From IMG/VR virus record IMGVR_UViG_2852055501_000007, positions 1 through 64,000 of that record: a stretch of 64,000 nt of DNA; one strand, given 5' to 3'. The stretch's first letter is position 1. Each line of letters opens with the position of its first letter. Positions 42,098 through 52,714 of this stretch are shown here, piece after piece. The DNA comes from a virus. Its lineage: Duplodnaviria; Caudoviricetes. A model generated the notes under the pieces. That model searched no databases, had not been told where the DNA came from, and saw nothing but the letters and a program-made list of their open reading frames with translations. The translations under genes were made by a program, and so were the position numbers.

Positions 42098-42292
42098 ATA
42101 CTAAGAATCAATATAACTACATAATTTTATTATTAAAACCATTAAAAACAATGCTCTTCAGGTGTTTGAATGCTTTGCCTAACCTATTGTTTTAACACTA
42201 TTCCACTGATAGTTTTGGGAATGTATTTTCAATTATTAGTTCGTGAAAAAACTTATTCCATCTCAACGCGCTTCATCACCTAAATGGACACA

Positions 42293-43554
42293 TTAACTTT
42301 TCACCACCGGCAGCTGACTAAAATTTGTCGTGTATGCCGGTGACAACATTTCGCGCTTCATCTTGTACCCGCTGTCGCTGCCTTTACCGGCGAACCACAC
42401 CCGGCCCATACCGCTGTTATTGATCGTGTCGATAGTCTTCATCAGCTCGTCGCTGTTTTTGAATGGCTGCCGCGTGGCGAACATATCGAGCTGGGTGACT
42501 GCTGAATCCGTGAAATCTGATAGAATAATGCCCGCCTTATAATACCGGTACCCATCACACCAGATGTTATCCAGTGATCTCATGGCGGCATTAATGATGT
42601 CCCGCGTGTCGCAGCTGGGATACTCGAGTGAAATGTTTGTACTGTTCGCATAGTCCGGCCCGTTAGCGTGTCTGCTGGTCTGCACAAACACCCCGATCAT
42701 CCGGCAACGCTGCTTTTCTTCTCGGAGTTTTTCAGCTGACCGTTCCGCATATTCACATACGGCCTTTCTCATGGTGACAATGTCTGTCACTTTGTACCGA
42801 ACGACCTAGAACAGAGGATCTGCTGTTTCACCTTTCTGACTTCTTCCAGCTCGATGCAGGGTTCCCCGTTCAGTTCCCGCAGCGTGCGCTCAGTAATAAC
42901 ACCGAATGTTTTCCTGATAGTCGCCGGTGAAGCGTTTGCTAAATCTAATGCGGTGCAGATCCCCATAGTATTCAGTCTGGCAGATATTCGCCGGCCGATA
43001 CCCCATACCTCACTGACCGGTATCAAAGCCAGTAATTTACGCTGGCGCAGAAGATCAGAAAGATCGACCACTCCACCGGTTTTTTTCCATGTTTTGCCGC
43101 GTGGTTGGCAAGTTTTGCGAGTGTCTTTGTCGGTGCAATACCAACACCGACCGGAAGGTGTGTTTTCTGCAGAATGGCAGCCTGTATCTCACGGCCGTAA
43201 TCTTCCAGGCTGAATGTCCTGGTCATGCCAGTAAAATCAGAAAGGCTTCATCGATAGAATAGATTTCTGTGGCGGGTGCGAAGGATGAGAGCAATGTCAT
43301 CACACGGCTGCTCATATCGCCGTACAGCGCATAATTTGAACTGAATACGGTCACATTATTTTTGCGGCAAAATCGCAGCACTCATAATACAGCGCCCCCA
43401 TTTTGATACCGAGGGTTTTCGCCTCTACTGACCTGGCGATCACGCAGCCATCATTATTGCTCAGGACGATGACCGGCTTACCTGTCAGGTCCGGCCGGAA
43501 TACTCTTTCACAGCTTGCGTAAAAGCTGTTTACATCCACCAGCGCGAACATCAC
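42293..43554 (-). pseudogene. umuC: UmuC-family Y-polymerase split by about four one-base deletions
   Basis: [39 protein letters not shown] in successive frames. Confidence 0.9.
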
Positions 43555-43973
43555 TGCGCTCGGTGAATGATGTAGGTGACCACACCGAAAATCTGTAAAT
43601 CCTGCTCGCTGCTGATTGCAATAGGCTGATAATCCGGATTCATCGGGATCAGCATAGGTGCCGGTAACAGTTGTAATTTTTTGACAGTAAACTCACCATC
43701 AAAACTGGCAATTACAATATCACCTTCAACTGCAGTTACCGCGCTGTCCACGATAACCACATCACCGTCAAAGATATTCGCATCTATCATCGAACTGCCC
43801 TCAACCCTGAGCAGGTAGGTGCTTTCAGGATGCCGGATCAGCTCACTGTTCAGGTTTATGCGGTCCTCGATATAGTCCGCCGCCGGTGACGGAAACCCGG
43901 CCGGGACATGCTCCAGGAACAGAGGCAATGTCAGAATTGCATCATCGTTAATCTTGACAAGTTTCATACTCAA
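43551..43973 (-). CDS. umuD: UmuD-family protein
   Basis: [24 protein letters not shown]. Confidence 0.93.
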   Translation of the reverse strand: MSMKLVKINDDAILTLPLFLEHVPAGFPSPAADYIEDRINLNSELIRHPESTYLLRVEGSSMIDANIFDGDVVIVDSAVTAVEGDIVIASFDGEFTVKKLQLLPAPMLIPMNPDYQPIAISSEQDLQIFGVVTYIIHRAQ

Positions 43974-43983
43974 AGCCGACTAA

Positions 43984-43999
43984 CTGTACATACATACAG
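43984..43999. promoter_or_regulatory. LexA (SOS) box
   Basis: CTGTACATACATACAG directly upstream of umuD. Confidence 0.9.
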
Positions 44000-44703
44000 T
44001 TAATGATAAAGAAGTTTGGCTGTCTCATCAATCTGATTTTTACTAATCTTATGCGTCACATGCATTACTCATTGAAATCAAATCCGACAGTCCGCTATGA
44101 GCGAGGAGCGGACATTCACGGTCGCTGCCACTTGTATTACCCAGCCCCCACCTGATGTTCTCGCTGCTGATAGAGGATTACGAACAATTCTAAGCACCAA
44201 TAAATGGGGCTGACTAAGCTGTTTGACCGTGAATTACTTCCGATCCTCTTCAAGTACGATAGATTTTAGTAGAAACGGATTTGATGAATAATACCGCAGT
44301 GAGTACTGCGAGATTATGAGGCTGCTAGTTCTGCCCGTCATTTAAAACAGGAGGGAGGAAAGGAGACTCATGGGATGTATATTCAAACAAGCTGCTCCTT
44401 GCGTCATTCCAAGCCTGAATGATTTCCTCCGAACCATGCATCTTCCTTAATGTGTTTATAATGTAGTCATATACCCTTATTCATTCAAACCGCAGTTTGA
44501 GCTCAGCCTGCAGTTTGAATTACGTTGGGTATATATACCGGATTAAAATATCAATTAAGTAAGGTAACTATTGTATTTTGAATAAATAACTTTTTTAAGA
44601 TTTTTAGTATTGGAAGACATATTGAAAATAACGCAACATGCAGAAATTGAAAGGGAAACGCTAAGTTTTATCAGTGCCGATTAAATAATCGGCATCAGGG
44701 AAA

Positions 44704-45669
44704 TTAACGCCAGCGTTCTGTCGCCCAGGCGACCTGCTGTTGTGCATCGTGGAAAGTCCAGGCCACGAAGCGACTGATTTTTTGCCCCTGCGCCATTTCA
44801 ATGGTACGGACTTCGGCCGCACCCACCAGCTTCAACGCGTGATAAATCGAAGGTAAGGTCGTATTTTTAGAAATCAACGAGGTGAACCACAGGCAGTTTT
44901 GCGCCAGGCTAACGCTCTCCTCTACCATTTTACGCACAAAGGCTTCTTCACCGCCTTCACACCATAGCTCTTTATTTTTGCCGCCAAAGTTCTGTACCGG
45001 CGTGTCGGCTACCTCGCCTTTACCCAGCTTGTGCAGTTTGCGACGGGTGCTGGCTTGCGCTTCCTGTTCAGAGCTGTGGAACGGTGGATTACACAGTGTG
45101 GCATCAAATTTCTCTGCCACGCCGATGATGCCGTTCAAAATACATTCGGGGTGTTTTTGTAAACGCAGGCGCACGCCGTTTCTCAGTGTCGTATTCATCT
45201 CCACGATCATTTTGGCCGAATTGAGCGATATCGGATTAATCTCCGAACCGGTAAAACGCCAGCCATATTCACGCAGGCCAATAATCGGATAAATACAGTT
45301 GGCACCAACACCCACATCAAGGATCGCCACGCCTTTACCGCGAGGGAACTCACCGCCGTTGCTGGTCGCCAGCAGGTCGGCCAGATGGTGTAAATAGTCG
45401 GCACGCCCGGGGATCGGCGGGCACAGATAATCGGCGGGAATGTCCCAGTGTTCAATGCCATAAAAATGTTGCAGTAATGCACAGTTGAGCATTTTAACCG
45501 CCGCAGGATCGGCAAAATCTATCGAGATGTCGCCCCAAGCGTTCGGCTTGATGAACGGCTCCAGTGCAGGGCAACTAGCGATCAGCGCCGGGAAATCATA
45601 GCGTGAACGATGACGGTTACGCGGGTGCAAGCCACTTTTCTGCTGCAGGAAGGTTTTCTTTTTTTCCAC
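44704..45669 (-). CDS. rlmF: 23S rRNA m6A1618 methyltransferase RlmF
   Basis: LHPRNRH, LCPPIPGRADY, LDVGVGAN, CNPPF, QGQKISR; probable GTG start at 45669. Confidence 0.93.
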   Translation of the reverse strand: MEKKKTFLQQKSGLHPRNRHRSRYDFPALIASCPALEPFIKPNAWGDISIDFADPAAVKMLNCALLQHFYGIEHWDIPADYLCPPIPGRADYLHHLADLLATSNGGEFPRGKGVAILDVGVGANCIYPIIGLREYGWRFTGSEINPISLNSAKMIVEMNTTLRNGVRLRLQKHPECILNGIIGVAEKFDATLCNPPFHSSEQEAQASTRRKLHKLGKGEVADTPVQNFGGKNKELWCEGGEEAFVRKMVEESVSLAQNCLWFTSLISKNTTLPSIYHALKLVGAAEVRTIEMAQGQKISRFVAWTFHDAQQQVAWATERWR

Positions 45670-45805
45670 CGAGAAAGGTTCTCTTAAAGGTATTTCTGAC
45701 GCGTACGATACCATATACCCTATAGCTTTCAAGTTGCAGCTAACAGCTCGGGATGAAACCGTATTAAGCCTGCATTCAGAGCTTATGCCGGAATGTCCTG
45801 CTCTT

Positions 45806-45930
45806 TATACATAACGCAATTCAAGATGCAGGAAGGCGGCAAGGGAAGATAAACAGGGAACATACATCAGTATGTGACCCGGCTGGCTGAGTGAGGCCAA
45901 CGAACCTGCCCACATGTAAAATTCAAATGG
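45806..45930 (+). repeat. Degenerate ERIC/IRU element (partial second end at ~45714-45750)
   Basis: TATAC..TTCAAGATGCAGGAAGGCGGCAAG..TACATCAGTATGTGAC..GCCAACG resembles the ERIC consensus. Confidence 0.7.
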
Positions 45931-46269
45931 CTGTTTTGAGCGAGGAGCGAACCTCTCCCTCTGTTTCGAGGTTCGCGGTCTATGAATCAACGGGGAACAG
46001 GTCAGCACGTTTATTGACGCCAGAATAATCCGGACAGTGAAACTGTACTCCAAGAGGTGAAAATGGAATCAATAAGAACTTGTGCAGCGTATAATATAAG
46101 CCTGATGATGAATTTAATGACGAATACAGTGGAAATGACAAGAGCAGAGTAACACTGCGGGCCAACAATTAAACATAAGTACCGTTAGTTACCGGGGATA
46201 ACTAACGGCGGTGTAGTCATAGCATTAAGCAATATATTGCAAAAAACATTAGGATTCTACTATTGTTCT

Positions 46270-47817
46270 TTAAGCTTTAATGCGATTTATTTCATTTTCA
46301 ACAGTTGTTTCAATTTTTTCAATTAGCTGTTTAAATATTTCAATATTTTTATCTTGAGTGGCTTTTGATGCAAAAACGCGAATAAAGAATTTAACATAGT
46401 GATATGGTTGAAGTGCTTCATTACATTCACGTAATTCCTTTATTTCATGCCGGCCATCAATTTCTTTTTTAATTATTTTAGCTTGGCTAACATCAATGTC
46501 CTTGAAGTTGTCTTCAATCTGAAAATCAAGCACCCATCCATTTCCTGCTAAATTCTCTTTAAGAATGTTATTAATCTTCTCAGAAATTTCACTTTTGTAT
46601 CTTTTGAATGTATTATCTGAAAGTTTAACATTAGAAAATGTGTGTTTTTTTTCATATATTTTTTTCCACACTTTTCTATTAACAATATCATTAAGTATTT
46701 CTTTAGAATCTCCATTTAACTTATTTTCAAGCGTGTGCTCTAAAAATTTTTTGTCTGGATTATTTATATAGAAATCTCTCATTAAATCAATGACATTACC
46801 CTCAGAATCTAAAGGGATAACATTAACAGAGCCTTGTCCAGAACATGCTTTATTAAGCATAGCAGATAGCGCGCGATTGGTTTTATGGAAATAGACTTGA
46901 CTATAAAGACCACTTCTTGCATTAGCAAATTCTAGTATTGAATCCATACCACTTTCTTTATATGCCAAGTAAATGCTATTTTCTACTTTGACAGGGATAA
47001 ATGACATTAGCAATCGCCCATAATCATATATCCCATACTTAACGCCCGAGAAGTAGCTATCTCTCAGTAAGTAGTCCATTCTATCTGCATCTATAGGTGA
47101 AGATGATATGATTGAGCCCAATAAAGGATATATATCTGGACCTTCCATTTCATTTTTAAATTCATATTTTTTTTCAACAATTTTTATAATGCTATCTGCG
47201 TTAATCATTTCTATATTTTCTTTATAAGTATCGTCACCATCTAATTCTATTTCAGCTTTACTCTTCAACTCATCAATTATTTCTTTAATAAAAATGCATG
47301 ATACTTGTTCGTGGCTTAATCGTCCTTCTTTACTATCAGATAATGATATGATTTTATCGTATTTCTGAGTGCCTTCAGCCTTGCATTTTTCTTCGAATTT
47401 TTTTATTTCTACGGCAAAACTATCGAATTGATGGGCTAGAGGACCATGCCCAACATCGTGTAACAATGCTGCAATACGTAGTTCCTGAATAAGACTTGTT
47501 GGTATTTTTTTAATATCCAGGTAGAGGTCAACATCCACATCTTTACGATTATAAATCAACGCATTCAAATCTATATTTTTCAATATTTCATACGATAAAT
47601 GCATCACACCAACTGAGTGCTCAAAACGAGAGTGCATTGCAGAAGGAAATACTTTATATAGAAACGTATTCTGCCTAATATCTCTTAGCCTTTGGAATAA
47701 AGGATGGTCAATTATCTTTTTTTCAAGCTTAGTTATCCGAATGACTCCATGTATGGGATCTAGAAATTTCCCCAAAAGCAAGTCTTCAAAGTTCTTAGGT
47801 TTGTTTTTATTTGTCAC
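46270..47817 (-). CDS. HD-domain phosphohydrolase, SAMHD1/dNTPase-like
   Basis: DPIHG, FQRLR, HSRFEHS, LLHDVGHGP, DADRMDYLLRD, VYFHK. Confidence 0.88.
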   Translation of the reverse strand: MTNKNKPKNFEDLLLGKFLDPIHGVIRITKLEKKIIDHPLFQRLRDIRQNTFLYKVFPSAMHSRFEHSVGVMHLSYEILKNIDLNALIYNRKDVDVDLYLDIKKIPTSLIQELRIAALLHDVGHGPLAHQFDSFAVEIKKFEEKCKAEGTQKYDKIISLSDSKEGRLSHEQVSCIFIKEIIDELKSKAEIELDGDDTYKENIEMINADSIIKIVEKKYEFKNEMEGPDIYPLLGSIISSSPIDADRMDYLLRDSYFSGVKYGIYDYGRLLMSFIPVKVENSIYLAYKESGMDSILEFANARSGLYSQVYFHKTNRALSAMLNKACSGQGSVNVIPLDSEGNVIDLMRDFYINNPDKKFLEHTLENKLNGDSKEILNDIVNRKVWKKIYEKKHTFSNVKLSDNTFKRYKSEISEKINNILKENLAGNGWVLDFQIEDNFKDIDVSQAKIIKKEIDGRHEIKELRECNEALQPYHYVKFFIRVFASKATQDKNIEIFKQLIEKIETTVENEINRIKA

Positions 47818-48478
47818 GATGCTTTCCTTTTTGTATAGTTATAACGCTTAATTTAAATAGTATTAATGATTATAGTTTCGATATGTTATTTAATAATCAA
47901 CGTATTATGAAAGAGCATATCAACATGGATTTGTAAATTCAATTGACATGTGTAATTGAGTTATAATCCGGATTGATGTGATAAAGCACCACTGATAAAT
48001 GCTTGAGGTTAAACCTCGGCCAAGATCCGTGATGTTCAAACCAGTATGCAATCATGGTTGTACAATAGTGTTTGCTGATAGCGCAATGTGTAAGAGTGGT
48101 GGTTAAAAAAATCGCTTGATATTGAAGATGAAGCAAGGTTTTTCGATTATGGCGACATAAGTCAATCAAAGACTGGTCGATATTTTCGAACGTAGACCAT
48201 TGGTATTCACACTTGAATCAGCATTTAAATGGATGGTTTCGGAAACTAACAGAGCACAAACCAGCAAATTAACCCATTCCATCGCGATACCGGCAGACAG
48301 CTAACACATAGTATGCATTCTAAATTGATATGATCTCAAACAGTATTCTGTGTTCCTGACCAACTCCCCGTCTAACATAACATGATGCAAGCAATGTCCG
48401 TTCTTGGCACGGAGCAGACTGCTATGAGCGACCAAGAATGAAAAGCTGCTATGAATAGAAATCCACCCCATTCAGATA

Positions 48479-49251
48479 TCAAAAGCCGGGAGAATATCTC
48501 ACAGGAGACATAGCTCCTTTCTTTCTCAGATCATCCGGAATTTTTTTACCCAAGTAAAGCTGCAACATATCAGGGGGGCTACTCTTCCTCGGAACCCGAA
48601 GCGAGATTTTTGGGTAGATTCAAACTCATCATCAGCATCCCATGAAAGCATCTCAGGAAAGTTCTCACGAGTAGATTTAAGCCACTCATCAGCCACATAC
48701 ACCCCTTTCACAATTCCTCTAACTGTAGCCAGTATAACTTCAGCCTTGCGGGCACGCTCAACACTGACACGCCAGCTAAAACGCACAGCATCATAGAGGT
48801 CTATATCCCTTGAACTTCTGTTCACGGATATCATGAGGACTTTATGTTTGAACACGATTGTTTCAGGTTGATATGTTGCAATTAACTCTTTGATGTGTGC
48901 AGCACCATATTCGTTGCTGCCAGCACCGTTCACGATGTTAGTTAAACCGGGGTAGGCATCTATGAGTGCAGCTTCAACTTCGTAAGCAGTCTTTTCATCA
49001 GCCATACCGTGTCGGTGGATTACATGGATGACCTCAAGACCAGCCAGTCTGATCTCTCGAAGTTGCTTGAGTTTGTTACTAAGTAATTCATCATCATCAG
49101 CCGCGGCGACCTCACCACGCATATGAGCAAATACACGATTCTCTTTCCCCTTCCCCACATAGAAGGTACTTCCATCCCTTGGGTCAATTAGTCGGTATAC
49201 ATACCAGCCAAGATGTTCCATTACTCCCGGTGGAAACCCCTTAATATCCAT
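48479..49251 (-). CDS. LEM-3-like GIY-YIG nuclease; one-base frameshift near the C-terminus
   Basis: [30 protein letters not shown]; adding one base to the G6 run at 48573-48578 restores ..[21 protein letters not shown]. Confidence 0.75.
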
Positions 49252-49498
49252 GTCATAACTCCAATCATTTAATTCATGAGGCACAGGCAAAACATAGTAA
49301 TGCTGATTAACAACTAATAGTACTCATTAATCTCCCCTATGATTGATAGGACGAAGAAAAAGTAAAGTCTGCATCTCATGGTACAGGGCTATCTGTCAAA
49401 TTAGATTTGGACTTATGCCCCAGCTATATCCGGTTAAGTTTTGGCTGATACATATAAGGATTGCCGCGTCGAACATCCACCAGCGCGGCTTTCTTTAT

Positions 49499-50053
49499 TT
49501 ACGTCGTGGCCGGAAAATACCGGTAAATCGTCGATACCCCCACACCATAAATAATTGCCAGCTGCTGCCGGGAATATCCTTTATCCAACAGGCGACTGAT
49601 TTGCTCCCGGTCATTCTGTGTCAGCGCCGCCGGTCGTCCGCCGACTCTGCCCTGTGCTCTCGCTGCAGCCAATCCTGCCAGCGTCCGTTCCACTATCAGC
49701 TCGCGTTCCATTTCAGCCAGTGCTGACATGACGTGAAAGAAAAAGCGCCCCATAGCGGTGCTGGTGTCGATACTGTCCGTCAGTGACCGGAAATGTGCGC
49801 CACGTTCGTGCAGATCAGATATCAGCGCTATCAGGTTTTTGACACTGCGCCCGAGCCTGTCCAGTTTCCACACTGCGAGTGTATCGCCCGGCTGAATAAC
49901 CTTTAATGCCCGTTTCAGTCCCGGCCTGACGGCGGTTTTACCGCTCATTTTGTCCTCAAAAATCTGATCACAATTTATGCTGATGAGCGCGTTTCGCTGT
50001 AAATCGCTGTTTTGGTCAGTTGTTGATACACGGATATAGCCGATGACCGCCAT
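49499..50053 (-). CDS. pin: Serine DNA invertase (Pin/Gin/Hin family)
   Basis: IGYIRVST, RPGL, VWKLDRLGRS, GRVGGRP, C-terminal HTH. Confidence 0.95.
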   Translation of the reverse strand: MAVIGYIRVSTTDQNSDLQRNALISINCDQIFEDKMSGKTAVRPGLKRALKVIQPGDTLAVWKLDRLGRSVKNLIALISDLHERGAHFRSLTDSIDTSTAMGRFFFHVMSALAEMERELIVERTLAGLAAARAQGRVGGRPAALTQNDREQISRLLDKGYSRQQLAIIYGVGVSTIYRYFPATT

Positions 50054-50115
50054 TGTTTTCCCTCATGTTTACTGTAATGACGGGATTATTACGGATTTAT
50101 CCGGTTATGGCTGCA

Positions 50116-50141
50116 TTCCCAGAAACCTTGGTTTGAGAGAA
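50116..50141 (+). repeat. Invertase crossover site (left)
   Basis: TTCCCAGAAACCTTGGTTTGAGAGAA, gix/pix-like 26-mer. Confidence 0.85.
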
Positions 50142-50717
50142 CTTTACCTTGCACTGACTGGCGGGACGCTGAAAGGGCCGTTAAATATCGAATATGTTGG
50201 AGGTCGGGGATTAACTACAGGAGCAACAGCCGGAACATCAATTTATCATGAACTGTATCTGCTTGGAAAACTGGTTGCCTGGTGGGGAATTATAAACAGT
50301 AACGAATTAGTGCTTGAAAACAGAGTCGCTGGTAAAAAATTAATTATTGGCCCCGATGGTTTCAAAGTTGACGGTAAAGACATTGCGACTACTGAGCAAC
50401 TTTTCGGTGTTGGTCAGACCTACAGAAACCTGACGACCAGCCGTCAAAATAAAGTCTGGTACACCAACACCGACAGCAAGCCCCGGATTGTTCATGTCGA
50501 AACGAACAGAACAGGTACTCAGTATCCTTTCAGTATTGATATTCAGGTAATTCATAACGGAGTACAACATCGTGCTGATTATCGCTGGACAACTGCTGAT
50601 GAGGTTATTTGTTTAACTGCTGTGATTCCGCCCGGCGCAAGATATAGCGTCAACGGAGGATGGGGACAGCCGACAGAATGGACTGTTATTAATTTCTGGC
50701 TGGAGTACTCGCTATGA
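50116..50717 (+). CDS. Silent alternative tail-fibre C-terminal module
   Basis: Frame reads NLGL at the crossover, as in the expressed fibre; FGVGQTY..YTNT..P fibre-tip motif. Confidence 0.8.
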
Positions 50718-51067
50718 AATATTACAAAACGAAAAATAATGAAGTTTATGCACTTGAAGATAACGACTCTGCAAAAGAGTGGATAAAAGAAAAAGTGACT
50801 GAAATCACCAAAGAGGAAGCTGATAACATCACAAATCCGCGACCAACGAAAGAACAACTGATCGCAAAAGCTGAATACGATAAGCAGGCGCTGATTACAG
50901 AGGTTCAGGCTGAAACTCAGTTACTGCAAACAAAACTGGCACTTGGCCGTATCAGTGATAATGAAAAGGCGCGGTTAAACGCCTGGCTGGATTATCTGGA
51001 CGAACTGGAGGCAGTGGACGTATCCACCGCCCCTGATATTATCTGGCCGGTGAAGCCGGAGGTATAG
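50714..51067 (+). CDS. Tail fibre assembly protein (alternative)
   Basis: LNAWLDY..VDVSTAPDIIWPVKP. Confidence 0.88.
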   Translation: MKYYKTKNNEVYALEDNDSAKEWIKEKVTEITKEEADNITNPRPTKEQLIAKAEYDKQALITEVQAETQLLQTKLALGRISDNEKARLNAWLDYLDELEAVDVSTAPDIIWPVKPEV

Positions 51068-51668
51068 GCCATTCAGTACCGGCACCGGCGAATGTGTCGG
51101 TATCAGTGACTTTCACACTGTAAATTTCCCATTCTGTCAGTTTTGCCCGGTCTGTTTCAGTCGCCATGTTGAGGCGTATTTTACGCTCCAGCATGGCAAT
51201 TTCCTGTTCAGCTTCTGCCAACAGCGACTGTTTCTGACTTTCGGCAACAGCGACCTCATGCGCGTGCTGTTCTGCTTTATCTGTTACCCACTTTTTCCCG
51301 TCCCACTTATCAAAAGGCGTTTGCGGCTCAAGCAATGCCAGATTATCCGGCAGCGCACCGACGTTGTTTATCAGGACTTTTTCTTTTGTGGTTTTGTCAT
51401 AAGCGGTTTTACCGCGATGGTCTTCCACATGCAGCCAGCGTTTACCGTCCTCACTGCGGACAATGGCAAATCCCGGCGCGGGTAATTCCGGTTTATCCGG
51501 ATAGGCATCAGCTTTCAGACTGAACCCTAACGGTACCTCATCCATGCTTTTGCCGGTATATTCCCGTGTCAGCGGGTGGCAGCAATACACTTCAGCCCAT
51601 CCCGGCACGATAGCCAGCCCGTTTTCGTCAAATACCGCGTACTGAATTTCAGTGTTGTAATCTGCCAT
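51039..51668 (-). CDS. Tail fibre assembly protein
   Basis: EDHRGKTAY, PFDKWDG, WPIPP. Confidence 0.9.
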   Translation of the reverse strand: MADYNTEIQYAVFDENGLAIVPGWAEVYCCHPLTREYTGKSMDEVPLGFSLKADAYPDKPELPAPGFAIVRSEDGKRWLHVEDHRGKTAYDKTTKEKVLINNVGALPDNLALLEPQTPFDKWDGKKWVTDKAEQHAHEVAVAESQKQSLLAEAEQEIAMLERKIRLNMATETDRAKLTEWEIYSVKVTDTDTFAGAGTEWPIPPASPAR

Positions 51669-51669
51669 T

Positions 51670-52664
51670 TCAAATAACCCTCGTAATATAAATAACCGCT
51701 TTATTTACCGGTCTGAATTCATTTGCTGTGCTTACCTGACGGGATGCATCAAAGGAGTATGCGATAGAGTTTCCTCCTGCTCCGGCTGCGCGACCGCCGG
51801 AATTGACGGAGTGACGGAATACCCCTCGGAAAAATCCCCGCCCTCAATCGTCGGGTTACCAAAGCGGCCGGTCAGGTTCCGCATGGCATCGCCTTGTACG
51901 CTGCCCAGCGTTCGCCCGGAGTCATAACCTTTTCCGCTGTCCAGTGCCCGTTTAAACAGCCCCCGGTCGTCGGGAAGTTTCAGTCCCGGAAAGACTTTTG
52001 CAAGCTCCGGATAAACTGATGCGCTGAATGAGCGACCGTCATTTGCTAAAAAGTTTTCAGGAATTGGGGCTGTTGACTGCCATTCGATAGTTGCTCCGAT
52101 TGGTATCCCCACAATACGGTTTTGTTGTATCGCACCATTGCTGTTCAGATATCTGACTGTCAGCACAGCATAAGGATCGACATAGAACTGACCGGTATCA
52201 GTTTCTCCGGCTGCCGATGCGACTGATATTCCTTTGACATAAGTTGTGTTCACATCACCGGAGAACGCACCGGTAAATCCGCGTCCCGGTAATTTGTTAA
52301 CCGTCCTGAAAGGAAGGTAGTTTCCCTTCGGCTGAAATTTTTCTCCCAAACCAAGGTTTTTGATAAAGGTATCTTTATTTGGGATGTCTGCGCCGTTCTG
52401 ATCTTTGGCGAGTTTGCTGTTTACTTCTGTTTTTGTGGCGTAGTTACCGCCGGAGATAATTTTTTTTATCGCCTCCTTCAGTTGGTTATCATTATTTTTA
52501 TCCTGCGCAATACCAGCCTCAACCAGCACACCAAGAATTTCCCGTTGGACGGAATTAAGCCAGCCAGCCTCAAGAATGGTCGGTGCTATACCGGCGGCCA
52601 CGTTGCCGTTTGTCCACTCGCCGTTTTTATCGGCGGTACTGGTGACATCACCAATTTTTTTCAT
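51670..52664 (-). CDS. Expressed tail fibre with collar domain; one-base frameshift near the end
   Basis: AGWLNSVQRE, NGADIPNK..NLGL, PIGA..W..G..F..YPELA; extra G at 51822-51825 restores ..TANEFRPVNKAVIYITRVI*. Confidence 0.85.
52341..52366 (-). repeat. Invertase crossover site (right)
   Basis: Reverse complement TTATCAAAAACCTTGGTTTGGGAGAA, inverted relative to 50116-50141. Confidence 0.85.
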
Positions 52665-52714
52665 AACAAAGCCTCACTCAGTGAAGGTGATAATGAGTTG
52701 TTGATAGTCAGGGT

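Noticed and set aside
44200-44480. Possible gene remnant between umuD and rlmF
   Set aside because: Short open stretch with no identifiable motif
47939-48330. Short ORFs or a decayed gene between the HD and GIY-YIG genes
   Set aside because: Interrupted by stops; product not recognisable
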